This document shows, piece by piece, positions 11,685-23,665 of a DNA stretch of 64,000 nt. Each line of letters opens with the position of its first letter. The stretch's first letter is position 1. The stretch lies in NCBI GenBank assembly GCA_045159875.1, contig CP067995.1, positions 1,088,001-1,152,000 on the forward strand. The letters are read 5' to 3'. Below the pieces are notes generated by a model that saw only the letters and a list, made by a program, of their open reading frames with translations, searched no databases and was not told where the DNA came from. A program made the translations under genes and the position numbers. The DNA is from a cyanobacterium endosymbiont of Rhopalodia gibba. Its GTDB lineage: Bacteria; Cyanobacteriota; Cyanobacteriia; Cyanobacteriales; Microcystaceae.

Positions 11685-12398
11685 TTGATTAGCTTCAAGA
11701 GACAATCCTCTTTGAAAGTGAGTTGCTCAATAGACACCGTGGAATCCGTACTGCAGTCTGACAACAAAACTATAACCCAAATGGCAGTATTACTAGACTG
11801 TTATGGGTTTGATATGCAAGAACGTTCTCCGGCTGAATATATTGACTACTGGTTGACCTCTTGTTCGAGATACTGGATTCGGTTGGCAATCGTCGAAGCT
11901 TTGTATCAAGGACGTTACAAAGCCGTTTCTGTTGACCATATTCTTCGTCTATGGAAACGAAGAGGACACCCTACCTTTCACTTTCCTCATGAATTTGAAC
12001 GGTTGATCTGTCGCAATGTTTTTGTTAACAAAGAGAATATTGACAAAATTGAGTATCAATCTTCAAGTACAAAGTGTCAAAAAACTAAGAAAGTTGATCA
12101 AGCCGATAAAAAAGATATTCAGCATCAACCATCAAAAAAACTAGATTCTTTAGCGATGCGCAGGTTAACTCAGTTTTCTCAAGATATACCCCAACAATTG
12201 AAATTGTCTTCTCCAACTATTGATTTGAATAACGGGATTTTAGAGAATGAACTACCAGTTGATGAATTTGTTTCATTAAATACAAAGTCAAAAAAAATAA
12301 AGTCCAAGCGTTCGATTCACCAATTCATTCCCCATTCTGATTCTTCCCAGTTGTATACTAAGCTCAGGGCCGCTGTTTATCAACAATTAGCCCAGTAA
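11685..12398 (+). CDS. conserved cyanobacterial hypothetical protein (true start probably downstream)
   Basis: WIRLAIVEALYQGRYKAVSVDHILRLW..RG motif of a cyanobacterial family. Confidence 0.7.
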   Translation: MISFKRQSSLKVSCSIDTVESVLQSDNKTITQMAVLLDCYGFDMQERSPAEYIDYWLTSCSRYWIRLAIVEALYQGRYKAVSVDHILRLWKRRGHPTFHFPHEFERLICRNVFVNKENIDKIEYQSSSTKCQKTKKVDQADKKDIQHQPSKKLDSLAMRRLTQFSQDIPQQLKLSSPTIDLNNGILENELPVDEFVSLNTKSKKIKSKRSIHQFIPHSDSSQLYTKLRAAVYQQLAQ

Positions 12399-12515
12399 AC
12401 TTAGGGATTAATCACAATCTCTTATAAGATAATTCCCTTTAGTACTTGAAAAACTTACCTGAGCAGGCTTCACTTATCTAGCTTAACTATCAATACAGGG
12501 AATTGAATCTATTTT

Positions 12516-13334
12516 CTATTTAAATTTATCTAGATATAACATCCAAAGGCTAGAGGGTTTTGTTGGAACAGGAGTGGGAGTGGGAGTAATAGTAGGAGTA
12601 GCAGAATTATCCCGTAATTGGGAACCTGTTCCCCCATCACTTGGCTCAAGAAAAGGTCGTAAGTTAATAGCATTATTTGAAGGAGATGAATTATTCTGTC
12701 GGAGTAAATTTCCATTAAAAATGGGACTCAATTGATCGATGATTGACTCACTAGTCTTACTGCCAGTAAAAGCATTAACGCCTTGGGTATATTGTCCTTC
12801 TTCTGCTGCTATTAAGGTTTGGAAAATTTTATTACGGGTAGTCTCAGGATTTTTACCAGGAGGAATGGTTAAAACAATCCGACACGAGCGCTCTTGTTGA
12901 GTGGTAACACAGATAGTATCGTAGTGATTTTCTCTTCCTATTTTTAAATCTAATAATCCATCAGGCCGATACATTTCTAGACGACGACTAATTTCATTAC
13001 AACGTCGTTGCGCCGTCCAACCATCTCCTAAATCATTGGGAATTGCCCAAGGATAAGGCCGACGGTCTTGATTTTGAGGATAGTACATAACAGTGTATCT
13101 ACCTCTTTCTAACTGACAGATAAACCGTTTATTTTTTAAACTAGTATCAAAAGGTGTCAGAGGAGAAGAATTAGGTGGATCAGTTTCAATGACAACGTCA
13201 GCGTGGTTTGTAGGTACATTATAGTTATTAAATTGAGCCATCACTTTTGATTGGATAAAAACAGAAACAATAATTAAGAAAAAGCCTATTTTCTGAATTG
13301 GAGAATTGCTATATTCTTTTACTGAATTTGTCAT
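12516..13334 (-). CDS. secreted COP23-domain protein
   Basis: signal peptide; RFICQ...WAIP..LG.GW...RRCNEISRRLE..RPDGL...ICVTT. Confidence 0.75.
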   Translation of the reverse strand: MTNSVKEYSNSPIQKIGFFLIIVSVFIQSKVMAQFNNYNVPTNHADVVIETDPPNSSPLTPFDTSLKNKRFICQLERGRYTVMYYPQNQDRRPYPWAIPNDLGDGWTAQRRCNEISRRLEMYRPDGLLDLKIGRENHYDTICVTTQQERSCRIVLTIPPGKNPETTRNKIFQTLIAAEEGQYTQGVNAFTGSKTSESIIDQLSPIFNGNLLRQNNSSPSNNAINLRPFLEPSDGGTGSQLRDNSATPTITPTPTPVPTKPSSLWMLYLDKFK

Positions 13335-13419
13335 GATTAAAATTTACCTAAAAGCTAACATAAAGTAGAAGGTTCTCCCATTAAAAGTAACTTCCTAAAT
13401 CAAGGCTAATCTTGATTTA

Positions 13420-13919
13420 GTGTTTTTTAGCCTAAGAACGTGACACTTCAATTACCGCAACAATTACTTATTCTTAATGATTTATTTTTGATTAACTTAA
13501 TTTTTTTTTCAAACACTAAGCCACCATATTCAGTCGGTAAAGATAAAGTTTAGGAATTCGAAAGAGTATAAATCGCTTGTACTGAACTTTTATGGTTGAC
13601 CCGCGATCATATCATAAAATTTTTCTAAAAAAATAAATATAGTTAATTTTTTAGATGGTCTTCGCTGAGTGCCTGTATGATTATTTTCTCAAATCAGGTA
13701 ACTTTAAAAGTTGAGAGTAGTTTTGTCAGCTAGTTTTATCAGTTTGGCGCGGGACTGCTCTAAAAATTAAACTGTTATGATGCTCCCGAGGATATGGTTA
13801 GCATCATCCGCTTTAAGATGACAATAACGTGATTAGAAGTCCCAAATGCAGGAAGATTGCTAAAAAAATTCGCCGGCTAAAGTTTTTGACGATAACTGAG
13901 AAATTTGTATGGTTGTCAT
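13420..13919 (-). pseudogene. decayed phycobiliprotein lyase (CpcS/CpcU/CpcV type, most like CpcV)
   Basis: manual translation MTTIQ..LAGEFF*QSSCIW..SRY...SIITV*FLEQ..AKLIKLA, later YDRG...AIYTLSNS and TEYGGLVFEKKIKLI; multiple stops and frameshifts. Confidence 0.62.
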
Positions 13920-14283
13920 GGATTAGTAACTTTTAAAAAGTAAAGTGGTTTCTCTATAAAAGTAGTCAAATATTAAGTTAAAGTTGATTAATCGTTGTAT
14001 TTTCAATGTATTGTTGAATGACTTCAAAGCAGCAAACTTTCATCGGTTAATTTAGATACTTAGAAATATATTTGAGAATAGTGAATATTATTTGATTTTC
14101 AAAAAATCGTATAATTTGTGCTACTACTCGTATTTTTATATAAAAATCATAAAGAGATAATTACTTTATAAAATCAAAAATTGAATAGCAAGTCATCAAG
14201 AAATTCTACTTTTTTAAAATTAATTTCAATAATAATTATTATTTTTAAATCTTTTTATTATTGGGTAACAGAACTAAGATATC

Positions 14284-14328
14284 ATTACCTAACTCGTAAT
14301 CATTCAACGTCATTACGAGTTAGGTAAT
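14284..14328. repeat. inverted repeat, 17-bp perfect arms, 11-nt loop
   Basis: ATTACCTAACTCGTAAT / ATTACGAGTTAGGTAAT. Confidence 0.9.
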
Positions 14329-14671
14329 TTTTCATTAATCCTCTTATTTATAAATAAAATTATGAAAGTTATTATTGAATTAATTTATTAAATATTAACT
14401 AATTTTAATTTTAATTGAATAAAAAATATAATTTTTATCTAAAAACTTAGTGTAAACTTTTTTTTTGAGAGTTAAAAGTTTGTGGATTAGATAAAATAAA
14501 AGATTTATTATGATTTAAGGAATTCAACTTTAACACAACAATGTAATTCTGCAGTAAAGACTATAAATCTTCTCGATTGAGTATGATAAATGGGTAACCA
14601 ATAATTCCTAAAGTTTTTCTTTATTGATTATCTTTATTATAAAAAACAACCTTGTAATGTAAGACTGTCAA

Positions 14672-14708
14672 CTTCTAGATTATGCTGTTATCACAGTTAA
14701 TCTAGAAG
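14672..14708 (-). terminator. hairpin downstream of argS
   Basis: CTTCTAGATTA...TAATCTAGAAG. Confidence 0.5.
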
Positions 14709-14722
14709 GGCTTAATTTTTTG

Positions 14723-16480
14723 TTACATTCTTTCCAAAACAGAAATTCCTAACAAAGACAAACCCAATTTTAGGGTTCTTGCTGTTAAATCGCACAGTAA
14801 TAAACGAGATGTTTTTAAAAGTTTTTCTGATCTAAGAACTGGACAATTTTCATAAAATCGGTTAAATTTTTTACTCAGTTCATATAGATAATCACATAAA
14901 CGATTAGGGAGCAAGGTTTTTTCAACTTCCTTAATTACTTCGTTAAACTGTAATAAGTATTTTCCTAGGTCAATCTCAGTATCTTCTTTAAGAATAATTT
15001 CAATATCTTTTTCTAACTTCTGGAAATCAATTTTTCCCTCTCGACTAATACTTTGTATCCTTGCATAAGCATAAAGCATATAAGGGGCTGTATTCCCTTG
15101 CAATGTAAGCATTTTTTTATAACTGAAAACATAATCACTAGTTCGTTTTTGGCTTAGATCTGCATATTTAACTGCACTAATTCCCACAACTTGGGAAACG
15201 TTATCAATAAATTCTCTAGATTCTTTTCTTTGCTCTTTCTTTAGTCTTTTTTCAATATCTTGACGTGCATGATTAACGGCTTCATCTAATAAGTCTCGTA
15301 GTTTCACTGTTGTTCCTGAACGAGTTTTTAATCTTTTGCCATCTTCTCCTTTAACTAGACCAAAAGGAATATGAATAATCTCCAATTTATCAGAAATTAT
15401 GTTAGCTTTTTTAGCTATCTGAAAAACTTGGGAAAAGTGATCAGCTTGCCCAGCATCAGTAACATAAATAATTCGTTCTGCTTTATCTTCTTCAATACGA
15501 TATTTTAAAGCAGCTAAATCACTAGTTGCATAGTTATAACCACCATCAGACTTTTGAACAATTAAAGGAAGAGGATTACCTGCTTTATTAGTGAATCCAT
15601 CTAAAAAAACACATCTGGCTCCTGCATCTTCTTTAAGTAACTCGTGTTTTTCTAATTTCTTAATAATATCTTCTAAAAAAGGATTATAAAAAGATTCTCC
15701 TCGTTCAGTTAATTTAATATCTAAACGATCATAAATTACCTGAAACTCCCGACGGGACTGAGCACATAATAATTGCCAAGCATGACGTGTTTTTTTCTCC
15801 CCAGCTTGTAATTCAACTACTTTATTCCTAGCAGTTTTTTTAAAATTTTCATCGTTGTCAAAGCGTTGTTTAGCTTGTTTATAAAATGTTCCTAAATCTC
15901 CAATATCTAAAGCATCTGCTGTGGTTAAAGCAGTAGGATAAACTTCGCTTAAATAAGCAATTAACATCCCGAATTGTGTTCCCCAATCTCCTAAATGATT
16001 GAGTCTTAGAACTTGATGACCTCTAAATTCTAAAGTTCGGGCAATACAATCACCGATAATAGTAGATCGCAAATGTCCAACATGCATTTCTTTAGCAATA
16101 TTGGGACTAGAAAAATCAACAATTATCTTTTGGGAAATATCAGTTTTTTCTATGCCTAAACGGGAATCAGATTGACTTGCTTTAAGCTGACTTTCAAGAT
16201 AAGTTATCTTCAGTCTAATATTAATAAATCCTAGTCCAGCAATAGTGGGGGGGTCTCCTAACTCTTCCAATGTTAAGTTATCAATAATTTTTTGAGCGAT
16301 ATCTCTCGGATTTTTCCCTAGTTTTTTAGCTAAAACTAGGGCAATATTCGATTGATAATCTCCAAATTTAGGATTGCTTGCCAAAACTACTAATGGATCA
16401 ATTTCAGCAAAGTCAGTTCCGAAAGCACTAACTAATGCTTGGCAAAAATATTGGGTTAATTGTTTGCTAATAGAAGTCAT
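14723..16480 (-). CDS. argS: arginine--tRNA ligase
   Basis: [48 protein letters not shown], ends LERM. Confidence 0.99.
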   Translation of the reverse strand: MTSISKQLTQYFCQALVSAFGTDFAEIDPLVVLASNPKFGDYQSNIALVLAKKLGKNPRDIAQKIIDNLTLEELGDPPTIAGLGFINIRLKITYLESQLKASQSDSRLGIEKTDISQKIIVDFSSPNIAKEMHVGHLRSTIIGDCIARTLEFRGHQVLRLNHLGDWGTQFGMLIAYLSEVYPTALTTADALDIGDLGTFYKQAKQRFDNDENFKKTARNKVVELQAGEKKTRHAWQLLCAQSRREFQVIYDRLDIKLTERGESFYNPFLEDIIKKLEKHELLKEDAGARCVFLDGFTNKAGNPLPLIVQKSDGGYNYATSDLAALKYRIEEDKAERIIYVTDAGQADHFSQVFQIAKKANIISDKLEIIHIPFGLVKGEDGKRLKTRSGTTVKLRDLLDEAVNHARQDIEKRLKKEQRKESREFIDNVSQVVGISAVKYADLSQKRTSDYVFSYKKMLTLQGNTAPYMLYAYARIQSISREGKIDFQKLEKDIEIILKEDTEIDLGKYLLQFNEVIKEVEKTLLPNRLCDYLYELSKKFNRFYENCPVLRSEKLLKTSRLLLCDLTARTLKLGLSLLGISVLERM

Positions 16481-17175
16481 TTTTTATATAAAAAAAAGTT
16501 ATTAAATAAACACTCTAAATCTAGATTAGACGAAACTTGAGCTAATCTGTCGAGATCATTGATATCTGGTAAGTAGGGTAGAATTCCTAAGACTCGGACT
16601 CCCGTCAATCGTTGAATTAACTCTATAGGAATCCAATCGGTTAATTCTTGTTCCGAAACGGACTTAGAGCAGCTTAAAATAATACCTTTTAGTTTAACAT
16701 TGCTTTGACGAGCTAAGGCTACATTAGCTACCGCTTTGGCGATTGCTCCTAACTTCACCGGAACAACCAAAACTGTCAATAACCGCCATTCTCTCGCTAA
16801 ATCAGCCACTGTTAACTCCCAAGTTAGCGGAGATCCCAAACCCCCTAATCCTTCGACTAAAATAAAATCAGATGTTTGCTGCAAGGATACTAAATCTTGC
16901 CAAACTTCTTGTAAAGGAATGGATCGTCCTTCACGTTGGGCTGCGATGGGTGGGGCCACAGGGGTTTGAAAAGACAAGGGGTTAACTACTTTCACTAAAG
17001 TAAAATCAGCAAACAACCGTTGATAATATTGATAATCTCCTTCTCCTGTTTGTAACAGTTTCATTAAACCTAAAGGTTGATGGGAATAATATTTTTGTAA
17101 ATAAGCCGCTAAAGCAGCTGTTACAATGGTTTTGCCAACTTCTGTATTTGTTCCTGCAATTAACAATGTTGTCAT
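16477..17175 (-). CDS. bioD: dethiobiotin synthase
   Basis: [10 protein letters not shown]-loop, VEGLGGL; 4-bp overlap with argS. Confidence 0.95.
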   Translation of the reverse strand: MTTLLIAGTNTEVGKTIVTAALAAYLQKYYSHQPLGLMKLLQTGEGDYQYYQRLFADFTLVKVVNPLSFQTPVAPPIAAQREGRSIPLQEVWQDLVSLQQTSDFILVEGLGGLGSPLTWELTVADLAREWRLLTVLVVPVKLGAIAKAVANVALARQSNVKLKGIILSCSKSVSEQELTDWIPIELIQRLTGVRVLGILPYLPDINDLDRLAQVSSNLDLECLFNNFFLYKK

Positions 17176-17452
17176 TTTATAAATTTTAAAAAACTCTTAT
17201 AATTTTCTGATAATTGTTCATTTTTGTTCAAGTTTAGGGAACAATGAAACCTATCATTCTTAATTTTCTCACCAGTTTACCAGCTTCTTAGAAAAATTAC
17301 CTAAAACTTCTAAGTATAAAAACTATCTGTGCATATATATTTATTAAAGGGAGCCTTCGATATGATCGTACGTAGAAGAAGAAAACTCACTCAGGCAACC
17401 AAAAAACCTGAGATGATAGATTTGCTATAATTTAAAGGGACAAAAGTCTGCT

Positions 17453-18445
17453 GTGAGTCACACCCCTATATTAACGTTAAATCCAACAGCGCCAACACTG
17501 TCGGAGAATAATCGCCTAAGTCTTTTTTCAGGGTCTGCTAACACTCCTCTTGCCCAAGAGGTTGCCTGTTATTTAGGAATGAACATTGGTCCGATGGTCC
17601 GCAAAAAATTTGCTGATGGGGAACTTTATGTTCAGATTCAAGAATCTATTCGGGGATGTGATGTTTATTTAATCCAACCCTGTTCTCATCCTGTGAATGA
17701 TCACTTCGTGGAATTGCTGATCATGATTGATGCCTGCCGTCGGGCATCAGCGCGGCAAATTACTGCTGTCATTCCTTATTATGCTTATGGACGGGCTGAT
17801 CGTAAAACTGCAGGACGCGAATCGATTACCGCTAAACTGGTAGCTAATTTATTCACTAAAGCTGGAGCCCAACGGGTATTGGCCATGGATTTACATTCGG
17901 CCCAAATACAAGGTTATTTTGACATCCCCTTTGATCACGTTTATGGATCTCCCGTGATTGTTAATTATTTAGCAAGTAAACAACTTTCCGATTTAGTAGT
18001 TGTCTCCCCTGACGTGGGAGGCGTAGCTAGGGCAAGGGCATTTGCTAAAAAACTTAATGGGGCTCCCTTAGCAATTATTGATAAACGCCGTCAGGCTCAT
18101 AATGTGGCTGAAGTGTTAAATCTAATTGGGGATGTTCGTGGAAAAACTGCCGTCTTAGTCGATGACATGATCGACACGGCCAGCACTATTTTAGAAGGGG
18201 CTAGACTGTTGCGTAAAGAAGGCGCAAGACAGGTTTATGCTTGTGCAACTCATGCCGTCTTCTCCGAACCAGCCATTTCTAGGTTATCGAGTGGAATGTT
18301 AGAAGAAGTTATTGTAACTAACACAATTGGTGTTCCCAAAGAACGTCATTTTAAACAACTAACGGTTCTCTCGGTTGCTAATTTAATTGGGGAAGCTATC
18401 TGGCGCATCCATGAAGATACTTCTGTTAGTAGTATGTTCCGCTAG
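17453..18445 (+). CDS. prs: ribose-phosphate pyrophosphokinase
   Basis: FADGE, PYYAYGRADRK, DLHSAQIQGYF, VVSPDVGGV, VDDMIDT. Confidence 0.98.
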   Translation: MSHTPILTLNPTAPTLSENNRLSLFSGSANTPLAQEVACYLGMNIGPMVRKKFADGELYVQIQESIRGCDVYLIQPCSHPVNDHFVELLIMIDACRRASARQITAVIPYYAYGRADRKTAGRESITAKLVANLFTKAGAQRVLAMDLHSAQIQGYFDIPFDHVYGSPVIVNYLASKQLSDLVVVSPDVGGVARARAFAKKLNGAPLAIIDKRRQAHNVAEVLNLIGDVRGKTAVLVDDMIDTASTILEGARLLRKEGARQVYACATHAVFSEPAISRLSSGMLEEVIVTNTIGVPKERHFKQLTVLSVANLIGEAIWRIHEDTSVSSMFR

Positions 18446-18538
18446 TTATCTAATCTAATCGTTTCTTATTACTTTAAAATAATTGGCAATTGACTATCAA
18501 TTGCTGATTACTAATTGTTGATTACTGCTTACTAATCT

Positions 18539-18955
18539 ATGAATTGCCACCAAAAAAAATTGTCTATTTTAACCAGAGGAAAAGATTTTCATCGGATTAC
18601 CCGTATGATAGAAGAAGTGGTTATTGAGTCTGAAATTAAAACAGGATTGTGTACTATTTTTGTACTTCATACATCAGCATCATTGGTAATTCAAGAAAAT
18701 GCTGATCCTGATGTTTTAGTAGATTTATCTAATTTCTTTACCCGATTAGTTCCCGAATCAGGACACTATATTCATAGTACTGAAGGACCGGACGATATGC
18801 CTGCTCATATCCGCTCGGCGTTAACAAAAACCTCTGAACAAATTCCTATTAGTCAAGGTCGATTAGTTTTAGGTATTTGGCAAGGTATTTATCTTTGGGA
18901 ACACCGCACAGGTAGTCATAGACGGGATGTCATGATTCATATAAGTGGAGTTTAA
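18539..18955 (+). CDS. yjbQ: YjbQ/UPF0047 family protein
   Basis: HTSASLVIQENADPDV, EGPDDMPAHI, LGIWQGIYLWEHR. Confidence 0.92.
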   Translation: MNCHQKKLSILTRGKDFHRITRMIEEVVIESEIKTGLCTIFVLHTSASLVIQENADPDVLVDLSNFFTRLVPESGHYIHSTEGPDDMPAHIRSALTKTSEQIPISQGRLVLGIWQGIYLWEHRTGSHRRDVMIHISGV

Positions 18956-18970
18956 ATGCAAAGTCTAAGC

Positions 18971-19010
18971 AGACTGATTAGCAGCATTTTTTAATATTGC
19001 TAATCAGTCT
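18971..19010. terminator. hairpin downstream of yjbQ
   Basis: AGACTGATTAGCA / TGCTAATCAGTCT 13-bp arms. Confidence 0.6.
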
Positions 19011-19199
19011 ACGACTAAATTCTCAAGAATTAACTTCTCTAAAAAATACTCTTAATAAGTTAATTGATAGTTATGGTTAATAACCAGTACATTAAATTGT
19101 AATTTTGGCTCTTGTCTTCCCTAAGTACAAAAATAGTTTGATCCTACTAATAATCTAATAGATAATTAGATTCAAGAGTTAAATTATTTAAATTTTAAG

Positions 19200-19750
19200 A
19201 AAATTATCGGTTTAATTTGGAGCTAGAAAATGGATTATTTGTCTTAGGTAGATATGTCATTTGATTTTAATTCCAAAAAACAACAGATGTAGTTATTTCT
19301 TATACTCTTTAAGTATTTATGTCCTCTATATTTATTAATTTTAAGTTCTGAATATCATAATTTATGGCATCAATAAGATATTTTATACTAATCTTCGAAG
19401 CTGTTTCTTGGACGCGATCAGAAAAATATAGTCATAAATAAAGAAGATTATGCCAAAAGGAGAGTACTAGTATTCTAAAATCTATAATCTCTTACGAGGG
19501 AATAAATTACCTTTAGAGGTTTATCAATTAAAGAATGGGATATACATACATATTTTTGGTAGAAGAACTCATTTGTTTGGTGATCGAAACGATCGCTCGA
19601 AATTCACTAAGGTCTTGAAAGAGAATAGTTGTATTGGTCTAATTATGAAAGGTAAGCGATATTTTACCGTTCAAGAACGAGGAATAAAAGTTCAAAAACT
19701 AGAAAAATAATTAGGAAGTTTAGGCATTGATCCTAATAAATTAATTACCC
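19200..19750 (+). pseudogene. decayed Uma2 (DUF820) family endonuclease
   Basis: fragments LEVYQLKNG, GKRYFTVQER and LGSLGIDPNKL resemble cyanobacterial Uma2 C-termini; interrupted by stops. Confidence 0.6.
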
Positions 19751-19954
19751 TGAAAATTTGTCTTGTATTCTTCAGATTACTACAATTTAAGATTACTTCC
19801 TGTATTCATTTTAATATGATCAACAATTTTGACATAACCTGAAGCTAATCTAAAGTTATTGGGCAAAGCAGCGATTCTTGATTAAGCTTAATGAAAAGCA
19901 ATATAGATGAAGTCAAACTTCTGACTTCTTAACTTTTGAGCGGATGACTTCATT

Positions 19955-21013
19955 ATGACTAGTTTCCACCCCGTGGCTATTCCAGAATGCAGCCTTGATC
20001 GTGACTGTACTACTCTTTCTCGCCACATTCTCCAACAACTTCAAAGCTTTTCCCCGGAAGCCCAGGATCTTAGTGCTATCATGACCCGCATCGCCTTGGC
20101 TGGGAAACTAATTGCCCGTCGACTTAGCCGTGCCGGTCTTATGGCTGATGTTTTAGGATTTACGGGAGAAACCAATGTTCAGGGAGAATCCGTCAAGAAG
20201 ATGGATGTCTACGCTAACGATGTATTTATCTCTGTATTTGAGCAAAGCGGCTTAGTTTGTCGTCTCGCTTCTGAAGAAATGGAGGACCCCTATTATATTC
20301 CAGAAAATTGTCCTATTGGACGCTATACCCTTCTTTATGATCCCATCGATGGTTCCTCCAATGTGGATATTAATTTAAACGTGGGGTCCATTTTTGCCAT
20401 TCGTCAACAACAGATAGTGGATGAAGATGAAAAAGGAGCGGATTTATTGCAAGATGGCAAAGGACAACTAGCGGCCGGATACATTCTTTATGGTCCTTCG
20501 ACCATGTTAGTTTACTCTATTGGTCATGGGGTTCACTCTTTTCTTCTCGATCCCAGTTTAGGGGAATTTATCCTTGCTCAAGAAAATATTAAGATTCCTG
20601 ATCATGGACCAGTCTACAGTAACAATGAAGGGAATTTTTGGCAGTGGGATGAAGCTATTCGGGACTATACCCGTTATGTTCACCGCCATGAAGGATACAC
20701 CGCTCGTTATAGTGGAGCTCTCGTCGGAGATGTCCACCGAATTTTAATGCAAGGGGGAGTGTTTCTTTATCCCGGTACAGTAAAAAAACCTGAAGGAAAA
20801 TTACGATTGCTTTATGAAACTGCGCCCCTCGCTTTTTTGATTGAACAAGCAGGAGGAAAAGCTAGCGACGGCACCACAAGAATCTTAGATATCGTTCCCG
20901 ATAAACTGCATGCAAGAACTCCATTAGTGATCGGTTCTAAAGATGATGTTAAGCTCGTCGAGTCATTTATTGAAGATCGCAAACATCGAGAAAACATTAC
21001 AGGAAAGGCGTAA
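19955..21013 (+). CDS. fbp: class 1 fructose-1,6-bisphosphatase
   Basis: [33 protein letters not shown]. Confidence 0.98.
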   Translation: MTSFHPVAIPECSLDRDCTTLSRHILQQLQSFSPEAQDLSAIMTRIALAGKLIARRLSRAGLMADVLGFTGETNVQGESVKKMDVYANDVFISVFEQSGLVCRLASEEMEDPYYIPENCPIGRYTLLYDPIDGSSNVDINLNVGSIFAIRQQQIVDEDEKGADLLQDGKGQLAAGYILYGPSTMLVYSIGHGVHSFLLDPSLGEFILAQENIKIPDHGPVYSNNEGNFWQWDEAIRDYTRYVHRHEGYTARYSGALVGDVHRILMQGGVFLYPGTVKKPEGKLRLLYETAPLAFLIEQAGGKASDGTTRILDIVPDKLHARTPLVIGSKDDVKLVESFIEDRKHRENITGKA

Positions 21014-21038
21014 TATTACGCCTTTCCTGTAATGTTTT
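20991..21038. repeat. 48-bp perfect palindrome with no spacer, overlapping the fbp stop codon
   Basis: AAAACATTACAGGAAAGGCGTAAT|ATTACGCCTTTCCTGTAATGTTTT. Confidence 0.97.
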
Positions 21039-21143
21039 GGACTGTTCCTTATATAATTTTTTTGTTGAGATTGAGATGCTTATTTTCTTTGATAGTTAGA
21101 AAAAAGCTCTAGATGCCAATTTTTCTGAATCTAGGAGCAATAA

Positions 21144-21201
21144 ACAAGAACCCCACAGCTCCTAAGTTTTGATCAAAACTTAGGAGCTGTGGGGTTCTTG
21201 T
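21144..21201. repeat. 58-bp perfect palindrome with no spacer
   Basis: ACAAGAACCCCACAGCTCCTAAGTTTTGA|TCAAAACTTAGGAGCTGTGGGGTTCTTGT. Confidence 0.97.
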
Positions 21202-21698
21202 GGAAATTTTTAAGCTTGCCAAGTACCAAAAGGACAGACTTTACAAAGATTTTGCTCATTCAAATTTATGGAATATGAATATAATATCAGCACGGAAAAA
21301 ATAGGAACAACGACAAGACAAAAGTTATTAGGCAAAAGGCAATCTCAATTTTTAGAAAATAATTTTTGCTGTTCATTTTTTCTAGGAGAGTTAGTGTTCA
21401 GTTAATTAGTCCTATTTTTCCAGAAATCAAAATGTAATTAGCCACACACGAGTGTGAATAAAGTTTACTCCTCCAAAAGAAATTTTTAAGTTTTGTCCAA
21501 AATTAAAATGAAAGCTGGCAAAAAAACTGAAAAATTTTAGTATTTTTTTTTCTAGCGAACTTTACTCGTATCGATTACGTATTGATTAATTTTATAGAAA
21601 AAAAATATCTTTTAAAACCTTTTGTGTAGAGTTTTTTAATGACGTTGATATTATTATATGCCTACGTATTTAACAGTTATTAAAGCTGATAAAGTCAA

Positions 21699-21748
21699 AA
21701 ACAAGATTAGTCTAGTATGTTCTAGAACATACTAGACTAATCTTGTTT
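21699..21748. repeat. 50-bp perfect palindrome with no spacer
   Basis: AAACAAGATTAGTCTAGTATGTTCT|AGAACATACTAGACTAATCTTGTTT. Confidence 0.97.
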
Positions 21749-22089
21749 AAACAAATCAATTAATTAATTTAAATATTTTTTTTTTACTTCTGATACCAGT
21801 AAATGTTTGTCTGATTTTTACCAAAACCTACCGTCATTTTATATTTATTCGTAAAATACAACTTTCAGCGTTTGTTGGCTATAATGTTATTATGGCGATT
21901 TTGAAAAAGCTAAAAGCTAGAAGAATTTAAAAGTTGCTTTCTTTATGTTTTCCTTTGTCTTCTACCACTCTTCATAAGAGATTTAAATACAGATGTAATG
22001 ACCAAAGCTTAATTTTCTGTGATAAGTTCCCTTAAATCAAAGAAGTTCTCGGTACACTGGAGATTAACGAAGGAGCATATGAAAACTCT

Positions 22090-23619
22090 ATGGTAACGCT
22101 GCTAGAAAACCCCTTCCGCGTAGGACTACGCCAAGAACGAACCCCAGAACCCCTAATACTCGTAATTTTCGGGGCTTCTGGCGACCTTACTCAAAGGAAA
22201 CTTGTTCCCGCCGTCTATAAAATGAAACAAGAACGGCGACTTCCCCCAGGATTAACTATCGTAGGGGTTGCCCGTCGGGACTGGAGTCACGATTTTTTTC
22301 GGGAACAAATGCGTAAGGGAATTGAAGAATTCTCCGATGGCATCGGCAATGAACAACTCTGGAATGATTTTGCCCAAGGGTTGTTCTATTGTCCTGGTAA
22401 CATGGATGACTCAGAAAGCTATGACAAACTTAAAGTCTTCCTAGAAGAACTCGACAGCAAGCGAGGAACACGAGGCAACCGCGTCTTTTATCTCTCGGTT
22501 TCCCCTAACTTCTTCCCTCCTGGCATCAGACAACTAGGGGCGGCAGGAATGCTAAGTGATCCTGTAAAACATCGCATTGTCATTGAAAAACCTTTTGGTA
22601 AAGACTTGAGTTCAGCTCAAGTTTTAAATCGGATTGTTCAAAACGTTTGTAAAGAAGAACAAGTTTATCGCATTGACCATTATTTAGGCAAAGAAACTGT
22701 TCAGAACTTGTTAGTTTTCCGCTTTGCCAACACCATTTTTGAGCCCCTTTGGAACCGTCAATTTGTAGATAACGTTCAAATTACTGTGGCTGAAACCGTC
22801 GGGGTCGAAGATCGGGCAGGTTATTACGAAAGCTCTGGGGCTTTACGGGATATGCTGCAAAATCACTTAATGCAGCTGTTTTGTCTGACGGCGATGGAAC
22901 CGCCTAACGCTCTGAGTGCTGATAGTGTTCGTAGCGAAAAAGTAAAAGTCTTGCAAGCGACACACCTCGCAGACCTTCACAACTTAGAAAACTCGGCAGT
23001 TCGCGGACAGTACAAAGCGGGATGGATGAAAGGAAAATCTGTTGCTGGCTATCGAGAAGAGCCAGGGGTTAATCCAAATTCTACTACCCCCACCTACGTC
23101 GCCATGAAATTAATGATTGATAACTGGCGTTGGAAAGGAGTTCCTTTTTATCTACGGACAGGAAAACGTCTGCCTAAAAAGGTCACTGAAATTGCCATTC
23201 AATTTAAGGAAGTTCCTCTACTTATTTTCCAATCTGTTGCTCATCAGACTCATGCGAACGTATTAAGTATGCGAATCCAACCCAATGAGGGTATTGATCT
23301 AAGGTTTGAAGCCAAAATGCCTGGGTCAGAATTAAGAACCCGTACAGTGGAAATGGACTTTAATTATGGATCTTCCTTTGGCATGGCAACTGCCGATGCT
23401 TACCATCGTCTCCTCCTCGATACTATGTTAGGGGATCAAACCCTATTTACTCGTGCCGATGAAGTGGAAGAGGCTTGGCGTGTCGTCACTCCTATTTTAT
23501 CTGCTTGGGATGGACAAGCTGACCCGTCTACCGTTCCTCAATACGAAGCTGGAACATGGGAACCAGAAGAAGCAGAATTGTTGTTGAACCGCGATGGTCG
23601 GCGTTGGCGACGATTGTAA
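22090..23619 (+). CDS. zwf: glucose-6-phosphate 1-dehydrogenase
   Basis: [43 protein letters not shown]. Confidence 0.99.
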   Translation: MVTLLENPFRVGLRQERTPEPLILVIFGASGDLTQRKLVPAVYKMKQERRLPPGLTIVGVARRDWSHDFFREQMRKGIEEFSDGIGNEQLWNDFAQGLFYCPGNMDDSESYDKLKVFLEELDSKRGTRGNRVFYLSVSPNFFPPGIRQLGAAGMLSDPVKHRIVIEKPFGKDLSSAQVLNRIVQNVCKEEQVYRIDHYLGKETVQNLLVFRFANTIFEPLWNRQFVDNVQITVAETVGVEDRAGYYESSGALRDMLQNHLMQLFCLTAMEPPNALSADSVRSEKVKVLQATHLADLHNLENSAVRGQYKAGWMKGKSVAGYREEPGVNPNSTTPTYVAMKLMIDNWRWKGVPFYLRTGKRLPKKVTEIAIQFKEVPLLIFQSVAHQTHANVLSMRIQPNEGIDLRFEAKMPGSELRTRTVEMDFNYGSSFGMATADAYHRLLLDTMLGDQTLFTRADEVEEAWRVVTPILSAWDGQADPSTVPQYEAGTWEPEEAELLLNRDGRRWRRL

Positions 23620-23665
23620 TTGAGGAAACAATTGTTAATTGTAGAATGTAAACGAAGAACTCACC

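Noticed and set aside
20991..21748. Palindromes as a CRISPR array or MITE family
   Set aside because: No shared sequence, no regular repeat-spacer periodicity, and no cas genes or target-site duplications seen
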